From contig OZ024742.1 of assembly GCA_964016885.1 (NCBI GenBank), forward strand, positions 87,606,001 to 87,670,000: a stretch of 64,000 nucleotides of DNA, read 5' to 3'. This DNA is from Eledone cirrhosa. Its lineage: Eukaryota. The number at the start of each line of letters is the position of its first letter. Positions within the stretch are counted from its first letter, which is position 1. Below are positions 1-15,799 of this stretch, piece by piece. The notes beneath the pieces were generated by a model. That model did no database searches, was not told where the DNA came from, and saw only the letters and a list, made by a program, of their open reading frames with translations. The position numbers were made by a program, and so were the translations under genes.

Positions 1-1499
1 TGTGATTTTTGTGCATTTGTGTTGATCTATATATGTTATTTCTAATCAGACTGCGGGATATTTTTATTTCACTTTAGCCGTTTTATTTAAAATCAGATCC
101 TGGTTCGATAAAGTATGATTGTTGTGTGCTTCCAAGTTCAACAGCAATATTTATAATACACGTTATCACCATTTCTAATATTGGCTTTTTGTATGGGTGG
201 TCAAACATATGTTATCGTTCTGAATGATATATGAACTCCCGTATTTCTATATTTTCAAACCTGATCATAGAAAGCTGCCTAAAAACAGGCGGATGTATTA
301 TCTATCGTATTTCAAAAAGAAAGGCACCAATGGACTGCGTGTTTGGAAGAAAATGTTTAAAACTCGCCAGCTGTAGATGAGGTGTCGCATTATCTTTATG
401 GCAAATACTTGCTTCCCTCAAAGAAATATACTGATAATATTTACAGAAACATAATTAGTCACAAATAGAAAAAATAAAATAAAAATATAAATTATCCACG
501 AATGGAGAACTGGTAATAACAATTCTGCTGGATTATAACGATAAAATAACTAATATCAAAAACCGAACTGAATACTTTTGTACAATGTCACAAAACAAAA
601 ATCTAAATTATTATGTGTAACCTATTCGTGCAGTTGATATTGAAATACTTACTAATAAAATGATATTTTAGAGATTGATTAATATTAGTTTAATTATTTC
701 GGAATATACGAGGGATATGTGTTTTCAATCTTATGGTGTTTCCAATCATATTATCTCCTAATCAGCCTTATTATGACTTAATCGGCCTAAGTTAACTCTA
801 ACAATTCCAAAACAATTATATCGTAGAGCATCGAATGTTTTATGCAATTCTAACTTGTAAAACATTAATTTCCGAAACCAATATATTATTGTGAGATAAA
901 CTGCACCACATTACACAGAATGTAAATAGAAACAGGCAACGAATCGATGAAGATGTTTATGCGTCGGCTGTTGACATGCTACAAATGTCATCTATTCCCT
1001 CAACGATGTATATGCTATAATATTATCAAATATTATAATATAAACGAATTAAAATTATGTTTGAATAAATTATATGATGGTCAAGTCTATAATAATTTGT
1101 CCAGAGTTCAATCAATCAATATTTAGTTGCTGTCAAAAAAAAATCACCAGCAACAGTATCGATCATAACAACATAGACAATTTGTCGCAGTTTTCGGGAA
1201 ATTTTAATTAAGTACAATTTCTTCAATGCCATCAACTGAAACTATCAATACATTTTGTGAATGAATATATTTGCAATGATAATTTATTTGTTTAGACTCG
1301 GAAGAATTTCGTATGATGACTTAAAAAAAAAAAATTAGTCTTTGTAATTCAAATGATTTGGACATTTTGAAAATTCATGTTTATAGCGCCAATGTTCATT
1401 CAAGCTCGAAAGAGATTTATTTGACCATAGTTTGGTACTGTATGGCTAAAATAAAATATATTTTATAATAAAAATGTTAAATGACAAGGCGTTAAATAT

Positions 1500-4250
1500 C
1501 GTAATCCATGGAATATGTGGCATATGTAAGGACCAGATTTCGCGTAAACAGTTAAGGATCTGCTTCTGCAGCAGTTAGTTAATCTATTTGCTTATTTCAA
1601 TAACATCAATCAAATATTCATTAGAGAAACCATTTTTTATCTATTTCGAAAATCAGCATGTTTCACTTCTGTCGTCTTACACGAAACTGAGAATGTTATA
1701 TCGATTGTTTGGGGGTTTTCTTCTTTCAACTTACTTTTTCGGGTGAATTGAATCATGTTTTTAAAGTGTTTATGTATTGCATGTTATAACCAATGCTTGA
1801 TAATAATTGTGATATTCATACTTAAATAAATGGTTATTTTCTAATTGTATTAAACGGATATGAATTTGATTATATACTTTTTAGCTATTTAATTTACACT
1901 ATTACATTCGTTATATTTACTTACTTGAAACATGTAAAACAATTTGTTGCGGATTGTATGTGTTTGAGTGTATGTATCATATTTTTTTTAATTTTGTACT
2001 CTCTAGACCAAACATCTTGCTAGCGTTTGTATGTGACGTGCATTACTTCAATTAATTTCGGTTATATATTTCACTCATGTATTATACAGCTAGATACGTT
2101 AAGAACATAAATGCCAAAAAGCCGCTTGAGGTGTGTTTCTTCTCTGAAGAAGTTCTCCTATCCAGCTCTCCTGAGAAAATCGTACCAATATGCTATCTAC
2201 ATGTTCATATATTTATATATCCCTACGTGGGTTATTATATCTGTAGATAATTATATTGGCATGACTTCAAATGTGTTTTCTTATTGTGGGAATGTTATAT
2301 CGTTGAGGAAACATTGTACACTTCTGTTAATCTTCTATCAGTTAAAACAACCTTGTAAATATGAATGGTTATACCTTCAATTCTAAAGAGCTTTAGTGAT
2401 GTTTTTCCTATAACACATTTGTGTAACCAAGTCTACATAATGCTAGCTTCCTTCCAGTATATGTGCCTTTTATATATGGCTTGCCCGTATATATATATAC
2501 ATTAACAAATGCTGACGACTCAGATGAAAATGTTATCAATTAAATTCTGGACTTATTTTATAAAATCCATAATTTTGTTTCATATACTGGAGACCTTCTG
2601 ATATTAAACAACATAAAATAACACACCCAGGCTCTGCTTCCATTACTTAGCATTTAATTGAACGCGAAGATTGTGTTTGGCCTTGATCTTTCCCACAATC
2701 TATTGACTGAGTCTTGTTTTTCAATATTTTATTATTTAGGTATTTTTTAAGTACATCTACTTACGTGTTACTCACTGAGTCTCTGCACTTTGTTCATATT
2801 TTAATCTTATTATCATACACATATTCTATTTTCCTATCTCTTGCTTATGTTCATATAAACTTCCTTTTTGATATGATATGTTCTGACTTTCCATATGCGT
2901 TAGATTTCACAGATGAAGATGGCTTAAATAATGATTATATTTACCTCCTATATGTCTTTCTGACAAGTTTGCTTTGATATTTATGTTAGCAAGGAATGAT
3001 TTGAGTCGGAGATAGATTTGTCGCCATCTCACTGTGACATAAATTGTAGAGAGATTGTATGTGTTTGCATTTTTACTCGATAATATAACCTACATAGCAT
3101 TTGTTTTCATATATATTGATTCGACGATGGTTTGTAATGATGTATTTACTTTTTAAACGCTTATCATCGGGTAGATATTGAGGTTCCCTTATTGATTTAT
3201 AATGTATATTTATGTATCGGATCGTTTATTAAATCTTTTACGGCGAATGTCCATTTATAAATATCGTTGCATCAATTGGGGGATTTTATGTCGGAATACA
3301 TTATTTCTGCCTATATTTGCGGGGTATCGACAACGGATATTTTGTCTTGTGAGTTATGTTTGAATACATCTAATATCTTGTCTGTTGTGTTATGTTTGAA
3401 TATATCTAATTCTCCTTTTCTTACTCTCCATGATTTATTTCCCTTTGTAATTATGTTCTTCAATGTATATTATTGACCATTTTATCAGTGGACATTGTTC
3501 TATTTGCATTTGTCTTTTAAATTCACGGATACTGATTATACAACTCAGCTCACATTCCCTTGTTTCTCATTAATTTTAATATAGCTCTTGGGATGTTATA
3601 TAAACAATATACATCTTTGATATTTGACAGTAATTCACTTGACCTTTCTATATCATTATGTCCACTTTCCAAATTTCCATTAAAGTTTCTCATTGTGTAG
3701 TTACTAGGTAAGATAGCTACCATTAATAAAATGTAGTATATTCGTTAGAGATTAATCTACTCCAGCAATACAGGATTTTATGCTTTATGTAATCATTTTG
3801 ACACATAGTGATAGTTAAAATTAGTGATGAAAATACAGTAGGTTGAATTGATAATATATCGTTTCATATGAAGTACTCCAGACACAACGTAGAATGATTA
3901 TTTTCTAATTAATGTAAGATGATCTGATTTAGATAGATCAAGCAATAACGAACACGAATACTATGGTTGTCTTGCTCTCTCACTTACGTTTCATAAACAT
4001 AATATCGATTAATATTCTTAATGCGAGGGTTGTCATTTCTAATGGCACCATCGTTAGTATTAGACTAATGAGCCAAATAATTAATTTGTGACAATCCTGT
4101 ATCTATATATTTGAAATAATCCTTTTACCTGATATTCAAATGAAATATATTATTTATACTGCCCAAGATGGAATAAATATGTGTTGATTATCGAATTTTG
4201 ATATTGTGATTTGATGTCCATTATCATACTTCGTAGTCATTTATATGTTC
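1500..4250 (-). mobile_element. Very degenerate L1/Tx1-like LINE ORF2 remnant (boundaries approximate)
   Basis: Minus-strand manual translation gives broken motifs in the expected order: 'I*IQDCH' (~IQETH, ~4100), 'MRNFNG' (~GDFN, ~3690), 'IKDVYCLY' (~3620), 'NRLWERSR' (~2695), 'YWKEASIM' (~NWRPISL, ~2450), 'MFGL' (~2010). Many stops and frameshifts. Confidence 0.3.
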
Positions 4251-5117
4251 CCATGTATTCCCATAGATTTTTATACGCTCCATATTTTTCTTTGTATTAT
4301 ATATACTTCACCATATGAATTCTTTTTCATTGTGCTATATATCAATCTAACTATATCCTAGTAAGCTATTATGTACTATACGATATTTTAGCTATGTGCT
4401 CTAATATTCGATTAACACTACTACAGAATTTCCCAAAGGTTTTCTTATTATAACATAGTAAACTGTTTGCAGCAGCTCAGCTTAACAAAAGATTAATTGA
4501 ACAAACTCCTAATATTTATCACGAATGGGGATGTACTTGACAATGTCTAGCTAGTCCGAGAAAATTGCATCTAATGTTTCTCATTGACTGCTGAATAATA
4601 TAAGCTCGCTGATGCTTTTTTTATTCTGTTTAACAATATGTTGAAGCAATTTCCCTGTTTGTAAATATTGATTTCTTGTAACAATCAGAAACGTAGCAGC
4701 GTCCATTTTTAGCCTATACTTTGTCATTTCTTATATTTCCCAGTGTTTATAAGATTCTTAACGTATTTCTTTCTAGCGGCTTTCTTGTGTATTGACTCTC
4801 TGACACTGAATTTACGTCTACAAATATAATTTTAGTTAACTATTTATATTGCTATTTTTAGTTTCTGTTATGAGGTATCTTGAGATGAAGAGAAACAGTA
4901 CATCATTTTTTAAAGAAGCATAACGTTGTTTATTTTATGGAAAATGATGTATTCATTTTTTATTTCACATTTCAAAGCAGAAATATACTTTTATGTTTAT
5001 CTAGTTTACTATTGTACTATCTTTGCTCACTTTTTTACCAACTCAGAATTGTTTACGTCTGTGACTTATGAGCTGCGAAATAGCGTTTTCTTTTATTTTT
5101 CGAACTTAAATAGAGAT

Positions 5118-5204
<87 letters not shown>

Positions 5205-6165
5205 GTGTGTATGTGTGTGTGTGTGTGTGCGTGTGTGTGTGTGTGTGTGTGTCTATGTATGTGTGTGTGTGTGTACATATATATATATAGTAAATGGTGT
5301 ATTTCATTAGCTTACTGATGTTTTCGTATATTAAATTTATGTTTTGTTTATAATATGCTCCTGTGCATGTTTTCAAAGGAGAATTTCATAAATATGGTTG
5401 AGTGAATTAAGTGCTATTTGTTTATAAATAGAAAGTGAACAAGATAGATAACAAATGAATTAGTAAAGCGCATAGACATTTTTAATACAATAACTTGTCA
5501 ATAGATATAGTTTTGAAAGTAAGCAAGGTTAATAATACTTTAAAAAAAATGAATATATGAAAATAATATTTAGATGGAAATTGAGAGTGGTTCAGTAAAT
5601 GTAAACTTTTCGAGTTTAATATATAGGATGTTTATTTCGATGGGAAATATTATAGTCATATGATAATTTCACAGATTTTCGTACCCCTTTACCTATACGA
5701 TATTTTATGACAAAGAAAGAAAATTTATATTGACACATGTCGATTCTGAATAAACATTTGAAAATCATCTGTAATCACATACTTATACTATTGGATACAG
5801 TATTTGTAGCAAATCGCCCAGAAGAGAAATATGATGACGTCGTCTGGAGAGGGTTTGATAACAGGGCTATGGGAAATAAATGATTCTAGCATACGTTAGC
5901 TTAACATTTAGTCAAATATAATAATTATCATATATGTTCTTTCCACCAGTATATTAGTTTACATATATTTCAAGAAACTATAACATTCTGATATTTATAT
6001 ATATTATTTTTGTTATACCTTCCACTATGGAACAATAATATCGTTAGGTCAGAGCAAGCTACTCGCAAGGTCATTGTATACAATATAGATCAAACGCTGT
6101 CTATTCTGGTACACACACATACACACACACACATATATATATATATATATTATACATATATACAT

Positions 6166-6219
<54 letters not shown>

Positions 6220-6750
6220 ATATACAGAGGACGGGTAGTGAAGACGTATGTATATATTCATACTATGTTATTTTGTAATATATTTTACATAGATCAATAA
6301 TAGAATGGATATACGGGGCACTACTCCCCCCCCCCGCCAGAGACGATCGTAAAATAATGGGTTGTACTATGAATTAAAAGTTTTTTGTTTAATTTCATTG
6401 TTTTACTATTTGTATATGTATATATATATATATATACATACTCTCATATTTATAATACAGTAAGTAGAAAAGTATCATTGCAAAGAGGAACACCATGTGC
6501 AGGAAATTGCCACATATGCCGTCATTACGACTATTTTCACCCGACGTCTTCTTTATTGGTGACGGAATTTAGGTGTTAAGGAATATAAACAGGAATTACA
6601 TTACATTTATCTCTTAGGCAGAAAAATCATTCGTTTACGATGAAATTTCTCGTTCTGATGAAATCTATTTTCCGGGATGATTTTCCACTATTAAATACTG
6701 AATTCCACGGTTCAAATGAGGATTGTCAGTATGAGGAGCCATTATCAGTA

Positions 6751-6936
6751 ACGGCGGGGAATTGGCAGTATCGGTAGAGGGTCGGACGCTATGCTTTCCA
6801 GATTAGTTACATCCCTTTACGGTCTGAGTTCAAATCCAGCCAAGGTTAACATTGCCTTTCATCCTTACGGTGTCAATAAAATAAAGTACCAGTAATGGAC
6901 TGAGTTTTTGCTGGCCTTGTGCCAAACGTAGAAACA
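6751..6936 (+). mobile_element. tRNA-derived SINE (family A), diverged copy
   Basis: A-box-like TGGCAGTATCGG, B-box-like GAGTTCAAATCC, core TTGCCTTTCATCCTTACGG...AAAGTACCAGT, end GTAGAAACA; 10-bp TSD ATTATCAGTA at 6741-6750 and 6937-6946. Confidence 0.9.
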
Positions 6937-7542
6937 ATTATCAGTATGTCGTTAAAAGATCTCGCCCAGGATTATTTGTTATTGCAGTTTTTAAAATTAT
7001 CAGACAAATGAAATTAACATCGTTTCTGGGGTATCTTTGTCTCATTTTGTAGCTTCTTTACATCCATTTTTCACCAAATTAAATAAACTTAACTGATAGT
7101 ACCAATGAGACATTATATAAATCTTTACATTCCTCATCCTCACAATCTCATTATCTTACATGCCATCGCACTTGGATATTAGATGAAAATGTATACTGGT
7201 TCAGTGAATGTAACACGAGAATAAGAGTGAGAAATGGAATTTCGTTTCATTTTTTTCCATTTATCGTTTACGGTGCGCCCGGCCGACTAACTCACTAGAT
7301 ATGCAAATTAGGCTGCTCAGCCGTCAATAGCCATAAGGAAAGTATATACTTTCAGACGTTCAATCATCTGGCAGGAGGGTATACGATGATGACGATAGCT
7401 AATAAGCTTGAATCTAGTACATCGTTCCTTTGTCAATGTTGAACAAAAGGGCAACGATGGTTGCTAAACGATGTACGGCTTAATCGTGCCGTTTGTTTAC
7501 AAACAAACCGAGCATTATAATAAATGTTCGGTAAACCCATAC

Positions 7543-7579
<37 letters not shown>

Positions 7580-7647
7580 CATGTATGCATATATATATAT
7601 ACATACTACTGTACGTATGTATACATATATGTATGTAAGTATACATA

Positions 7648-7788
<141 letters not shown>

Positions 7789-7847
7789 CTTTGTAATTCG
7801 TACTTTGTATTATACATGTTGCCTTATATTATTTTCACGAACATATA

Positions 7848-8030
7848 GCGGAGGATTGGCAGTATCGGTAGAGGGTAGGACGCCATGCTTTCCAGCATAG
7901 TTACGTCCCTTTACGATCTGAGTTCAAATCCCGCCGAGGTTGACTTTGCCTTTCATCCTTACGGGGTCGATAAAATAAAGTACCAGTGATGCACTGGGTA
8001 ATTGCTGGCCGTGTGCCTAAAGTAGAAACA
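7848..8030 (+). mobile_element. tRNA-derived SINE (family A)
   Basis: Same A/B boxes and core; perfect 20-bp TSD ATTATTTTCACGAACATATA at 7828-7847 and 8031-8050. Confidence 0.95.
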
Positions 8031-8397
8031 ATTATTTTCACGAACATATATTTTGTTTTTAATTTAATACAATTTTGCTTCATTGTCATACTCCATTTAT
8101 CTATGTTCGTATTCATACAATTCCCCTGTAATTACCGAGACGTGTAACAACTCTCATTTAAAATAACTCTTTACTATTCTGTTATGAGGAACATATATTC
8201 CGGTAGCCCTATTGATATACTGTTACATTAATGGAATTGAAGCTTAAATAAGTGCAGAATTGACGGATATTCCAAAATAGTATCACGTAGTAATATATTT
8301 TCATCTAGGGCTTGATATAACACAAGTGATATAGAGGTCATACTTAATGTTACCTATTTGGAAAATTATAGGTGCTTGTATGTATATATATATATAT

Positions 8398-8540
8398 GAG
8401 TACCAGCAATAGCTGGAGGTTTAACCCTGCGATGGACTGGCGTCCTGTCCAGCATCGAGCTTTCTACTCTCAGTCGCTTCACGCCATGAAACCGGGTTAA
8501 GCATCGGCCAAATAAGCCTTCTGGCATAAGACATACTTTA
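8398..8540 (+). mobile_element. 3' fragment of a second SINE family
   Basis: AACCCTGCGATGGACTGGCGTCCTGTCCAG...CTCAGTCGCTTCACGCCATGAAACCGG resembles a SINE body/tail motif I recall from aquatic animal genomes; no 5' tRNA head seen. Confidence 0.55.
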
Positions 8541-8549
8541 GACATTTAG

Positions 8550-8645
<96 letters not shown>

Positions 8646-8657
8646 ATATATATATAT

Positions 8658-8837
<180 letters not shown>

Positions 8838-8849
8838 GTGGTACACAAC

Positions 8850-8897
8850 ATACCGAGAACAATTGTTTCACCTTCCCCGATCCTCAGCTCGTAGTAT
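8850..8897 (-). ncRNA. Minimal type-I hammerhead ribozyme-like motif in a 60-bp island between (TA)n tracts
   Basis: Minus strand: AUAC(UA)CGAG-CUGAGGA-UCGGGGAAGGU-GAAAC-AAUU-GUU-CUCG-GUAU. Intact CUGANGA and GAAA core, palindromic stem III (ACAAUUGU), stem I CGAG/CUCG plus AUAC/GUAU; stem II weak. Confidence 0.6.
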
Positions 8898-11788
8898 ATA
8901 TATATATATATATATACATTATATATATATATATATGCATACATACATACATATATATATGTGTGTGTGTGTAAAAGGTAATCAGAAATGTCAAAAAGAA
9001 CAAAACAAACAACACAGTACACTGAAGGAATATGTCAGTTTAACGCTTGAGCAGATCATTTGGAATTTAATACAGTAGTATTATATACAAACGTAATTCT
9101 AATAAAAGATCACAAAGAATAAAATATACAAAAAACATCATTATATAATTTTGAATAATGAATGTCACTGGCAATAATGATAGTAATATTCATCGACCGA
9201 TAATGCAGCAGATAACCTTTTTTGTCTGTCTAGTATAAATATCGATTTATACTGATATATATTAAATAAACATGAAAGTACTGATTTTCGCCAACTTATG
9301 GGGAAATATCTTTAAAAAAATGTATAGTGTGGATCCTCAACATAATTACATAGCAGTAATAGTACATAACTTTAAACCTGTTTGCATTCACATTTACATT
9401 CGTTTAAGAATGACAAAAAAAAAGACATAAAATCTTCTTCCATAGCTATATCAATTTGGCGTTTCCAAAATCTAATGTGTAAGAAACATTCTGCACAATC
9501 ATATGGTGTATCGAGAACTACATGAAATTTGTATGCGTTCGAATCGAAAGAAATTGATACTTAAACAATTACCGTTCTTAATTCGAAGAATGAAATCACC
9601 CCTTCTCCTCTACATTAAACATTTTTATGATACAACATCTGAGACGCGGATGTATTTTATCCTAGACAACCGTGTCTTATTACTTTTATTAACAATTTCA
9701 AAATTAGTACCATTTAAAATTTATCTTAACGATCTTGTAAATTTCCCATGCGTTACTTCTCTTCTATGTTTAATGAAACCTACTTTTCAATCTACTACAT
9801 ACACAGTAGTTTATCTCCACTATATCAATAAATTTAGCTATTGAAATCTCTTAGTCCCTTAACTTTTTTTCATTATAGATAGATATATTACCGTTTTATT
9901 CTTCAATACATTTTGACATTATTTATACTATTCTCATAATATTTTTCGAACTTCACTTCCTAAGTGATAATAGAATGTATGTTATGTTTTATAACGAAAT
10001 ATTATAGTTATTAATATATTTATAGTTATCTATGTAAATAATTTATCATTTTAATTTTAATTAACTTCTAAGGCTTCCATAATTTTGCCGTTTTCTTTTA
10101 AATATTCAAACGTTATTATTTACATGTTTAGCTTTATTTTCTCCTTCTGGGACTTTAAAATATTTAAGGCAAATTATACGCAATTCATTAATTCTGGCGA
10201 ACTATTCTTGTAGGAACGAACTATTCATTCATTTTAGGCTAGCGATAATAATCTTTCTCTAAATGTTCATCTTACAAGGTATGTAAACTTATAACAGTGT
10301 GTGATTGTAATATTTCACATTGAATATAGATAATTTATTATTAATCTTGTAAAGTGCAAAATCATATATACATACATATGTGTGTTTCACTGTAAGTGTG
10401 TATGCGTGCGATTGCATGTGTACTTGGGACTATGTTGGAGAGTCTGTATTGTTGTATATATATATATATATGTGATTATATATGCATGATTCATTTGATA
10501 TACATTGTGTAATATGTTCCTTGAAATATAACTGTTGAATTTTTTACATACGTGAAAATATGCCTCTCCAATATTTCATATATCAGTGAAAACTGTATTT
10601 TTCTATTACATTACTTCTTGTATTAAATTGGGTGTGATTCAGATTTTCTGTCTTGGATGTGTAATATGTTATGTTAATGAATAATCTTGATTACATTCTG
10701 TATAACAAGGTGTATCTGTAGATATTTTATTCCTGATAATGTATTATACAAACATGTGTTTTTCATCTCATTCCCTGTATCTTTTTGTGCATATATATTC
10801 TTTTCCTGCTTATTATGGCTATGTAATGAGACTTGTTGCAATGGAGTTTCACTTGCGCTCTTGCAGAATCATCAAACAAGAATATATTTTCAAAAGCACT
10901 GACAGTACAAATGAGTGAAGACATTGTGGTGGGGGAAGAGATCCTGAAAAAGATGGGTTACTTGATAAGTAATAATTATTATAATAAAAATATAACGAAA
11001 AGGATGATAATAGTGGTTGGGGTGGAATAGACCCATGAGTTTGTATGTATGTACATGTTTGTATGTGCGTGTGTATGTCATATTTAGGAGACATATAGAA
11101 TTATTCTATTTTTTCATGTTTTGTGAAATATATCGAATCAACATTTTGAAGAAAAATATGGAAATTATCTAGCTCATCTAATAGTTCAATGACCTGGTTG
11201 TCACCTTGTAATATTCCTAATATATCACCCGTTTAAACAATAGTTGCTCCTTAGGTTTTCAAAATGTATCCAATAAGTTAAGAATGTTATAAATGAGAAT
11301 GACCTTTGCAATTCAAATGCAATATTCCTTGTTATTTATATATTAAAACCAAATATTAAAGCAACTGACGTTCAGACCTTCATAACTCCATTTGGGTTCT
11401 GAATGGCGTCTTATAGATTAGCGCCATGATTTAGAAATGTTGAAAGAAGGAACATTTAGTGGTGCCACGATATATTCACAATTACAGGAATGGTATAGAT
11501 TATTGTTATTCGAGAGATGTCCGGTAATAACATGATTAATATGATGTATTTCTATATGGATTTATATTTGTACCAAAGGCCCCGTGAGATTAGTGGTTTT
11601 CAACAAAAGAAAAATTATCTTATTTTTAGAAATCCCCCGCAGTATGTGAGCGGGTGTGGAGAATATACAATGTACAATATAAATTGTAATATTAAGTTGC
11701 ACAAAATACGGGATAATGTGAAGATAAGAAATATACATATATATATAGTTTGTGTGTGTCTCTGTGTGTGTGTGTGTGTGTGTTTCTG

Positions 11789-11877
<89 letters not shown>

Positions 11878-11884
11878 TGAAACA

Positions 11885-12470
11885 GGGCAAGAAAGACCAA
11901 CATTTCCAGTGTATATAGTCACCTGTGTTTGCCTGCATTCGTCAATTGTAGTACAAATGACGAAGTATGATTTCACGATATACGAAAAGACCTAGATATA
12001 CACTATTGCAGTCACGGAGGTGCTGTGAAAGAGACTTGCTTGACATGCGTGTACATTGACAAAACCGTACTGATGGAACATGTCCAGTGACCGTGTATGG
12101 TTGGCGTGTGTAAATTTGTCGAATAAAATTATTGCATGAGGGAAACATCTGACTATTGACCGACACCAACATTAATATTACATCACTCTGTCTGATTACT
12201 ATAGCAAAAGGTGTTAAATGTGAGTGGATATAAGGAGAGTATCTTGAGGGAATGGGCCTAATCTTAGCACACCCTGTACGCTTCAGATGACAGACAAGAG
12301 GGGAAGACGTTTCTATGGCGCGCCTGTTGATTACGGGGGTTTCGGATCTGTGGGTGTCTCAAATTGCGCTTGGTTAAGCTACCCTTATTAGAATATGTTG
12401 GTATATATGTATTGTTAGTTGTTGCCTACTTTCCTTTGTTTACACTTTTTATTGTATAGATCCCCAATGG
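11885..12470 (-). mobile_element. Degenerate Penelope-like GIY-YIG fragment
   Basis: Minus ORF 11942-12172 'FPSCNNFIRQIYTRQPY...SKSLSQHLRDCNS' resembles the C..C..YIGQT.R...H / SALSQH.C pattern of PLE endonucleases; ends at a microsatellite. Confidence 0.35.
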
Positions 12471-13133
12471 TTCTAATCATTTCTGTTTTATATTTCCGCT
12501 CTTTTGGCTATTGAATTAATAATCCATTTTTATCGAATTGTACAAAATATGTTTAAGATTTAAAATTTCCAGTGGAGATAAGTTTTCAATCTCGACATTA
12601 TATCTATGGACAAATTAAATATTAACTTTTGCAGCGTTCATTATGTATTGTGAAACTCCATATAGCTTATTATTCGCGAATATATTTCCATGAATTATTT
12701 GTGTCGAATATATTAACTTCAATGTAAACAAAATATATGTCATTATCTTAATTATCATATTTACGAATAAGGAAGTCTTTTCAGACATGATATTTATTTT
12801 GATAAATATTGTATCATAATATTTACCGTAAATATTGATATTTTAAATGTACATAGTTTCAGTGTAAAGCAACTATATAATTTGTAATGATTCGCTTCAA
12901 TCTTAATCTTCAACATTCGTGAATATTCTTTTTCACAATTACCAAAGTAACGGTTTCGTAGTTCTAGAGGTATCTCGGGAATCAATAGAAGAATTATTTA
13001 TTGCAACTCATAAAAAAAATCAGCATCACTCAAATGCAATTGATGGCTGTTCTACACGCAATATGAATGTATATTTACGTATTTATATTTGTATATTTGT
13101 ATGTATATGTGTATGTATATATGTATGCCTATA

Positions 13134-13225
<92 letters not shown>

Positions 13226-13226
13226 C

Positions 13227-13289
<63 letters not shown>

Positions 13290-13306
13290 CACACACAGAC
13301 ACACAC

Positions 13307-13352
<46 letters not shown>

Positions 13353-14256
13353 AAATAAACAGGCACATACATGTATATATATACGGGAATGAAGGAATTA
13401 AGATGAAACGTTATATATTTGAAAGTCTATGGGATGTTCTTCCTTAATATTCTTCACTACTTTGCGAATATACATGTTTATCAAAATATTAAACTTGCTG
13501 GCTATACGCAATTATGGAGGATATCCCTGCTTGTGCAAATATTAATTATCGATAACGTTACATGAATTATATTTGTTAATATGCATTATTCTCTTCTTGT
13601 GTGTCGGTTGCCATTACTATTCAATTTAGCATGTTCAAAAACAAGCATGTAATTGTAAAAGGAGGGTTTCCCGTCACACATTTAGTTGATAAACTTAAAT
13701 TGAAGTTACCCTTAACTCTTATGTAACTTACTAAGAATTTAATGTTGATGCTAAAATTCTCATTTTATTCCTCCATGAATTTGTCGAAATTACGTTGTAA
13801 ATAAGTTATCGTCCCTTAATTTTAAAAGGTATGAAGGAATAATATATTTCAGACATCTATATATCCATTATATGTATGATTAAAATATTGCAAATGTTAT
13901 CCCAAGAGATATCTGGTGCACGCATACTTGCAAAACATCATACTGCAATACAATAGGCATATGGCAGTGTATTTAATAATGAGTTCGGATCACAACCATA
14001 AACTAATAGTTTCAGCCCCACTAAAGTGGATATTAGGGAAGGGCTTTCTACTATAACATTCAACTTTATGCAGTGTGTGCGCCAGTATTTTGTGTGTATA
14101 TATATATGTGTGTATGATCCTGATTGTTCCTTGCTTCCTGTGATTATACTCATGTTTCTATCTGAGTTTATGAACCGTAATTTCCTGACTGAACAAGAAT
14201 AATCCATGACATTGATATTGTCGACTATTTGAAGACGTTGTACATGCAGTCTGGTG

Positions 14257-14287
<31 letters not shown>

Positions 14288-14321
14288 AGCAAAGGGAGAA
14301 TGAGAGATACACACACACACC

Positions 14322-14424
<103 letters not shown>

Positions 14425-14425
14425 T

Positions 14426-14474
<49 letters not shown>

Positions 14475-15799
14475 TCATAGGTAAACACGACCACATATTG
14501 AAGAGGAATTCAGAAGATTAGAATGACGTACTTCCTATTCATAAACAAGATTTACTATTTTTTCCAAGCTGTTTCTCACTCATGTCCGGCATCATTCTAC
14601 AAGAAAGCATTTCACTCCCATGTAGAACGAATGGCTAATAGTAACGTTGAAGAATTTGTTTGTGAATGAAATGATGATTGATGATATTACGTGAAACACA
14701 TTGCTTGCATTTGCATTGTATCTTTCTCGTATGTCGATTGCTTTACATATTGCATTTAGCACGATCGTAGACAAGCATGCAACTTGATATAACCCAGTGC
14801 TTACAATATCAACTTTAACTAATATATACATATATTTATTTAGTTTATTATTTCGTTGTAACGTTAATAAAACTAATAATTATTATTGAAATAAATGTAA
14901 TCCTTAACAATGTTGTAATTATGTGCACACACACAAACACAATCACATTCACTCTATTTGTCATGCTTGATCAGGGATATGATATATCAAGATAAAACAC
15001 CATTAAATATGTGAAATGAAGGGAATATATGCATATATTTATATTTATGTAGCATTTGTGTCGGCTAGTATATTTCTATATAACCAACAAAACGTCTAGG
15101 TATACAACTAATCTATATTGTAGTATCTAAATAATTCTCCTAAATTTTTAGCAAATAATTTTATTTGTGCATAGCTTAACATATTATTTCATACCTGAAC
15201 TTGTGAAATTAACGGCAAAATTATTTTCTAGTATAAGGATAGTGCAGATTCGTTACGCGATTTAAAAAAGTCAAAAATGTTCTACACACTCTTTTGAAAT
15301 AGCTTATAGATACATACATTCCACACTTTGTTTTCTTTTAATCATTCTCCCCTGTCTTACAAAAATATCCGGGTGCGCGTATATAAAAATATATGAAAAA
15401 GGCGGATCCATATTTTTAGCAAATCTTATAGATTTAAAACTAAACATATTTACTATTCTATATAAACTACATTCATTAATTCTCCTAAATATTGCCTAAT
15501 ATGTTTTTTATGCTTAATCATGTAGGGCCTATAACACCATCCTACACCAACCGGTACATATTGTGATGTCGACTTATTGAGTGGGGCTATCACACTAACC
15601 CTCATGATACAAGGCTCCTCATGAAAGGTTAGCCACTTTAGTATACATATTGTATCGGAAACATACGTGTGACACAAATGATTTAATGAATAGTTTAGGC
15701 TGCTGCTGACGCTAGTACTCACGGTGATTACAGATATTTGTGAGATAAACAATACAATAAAAAACTCACGAATAAACCTGGTATGCATGCCCCTAAGAC

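Noticed and set aside
10867-10957. Possible exon after a good TTGCAG acceptor (ESSNKNIFSKALTVQMSEDIVVGEEILKKM)
   Set aside because: Weak donor and no recognisable homology or partner exons
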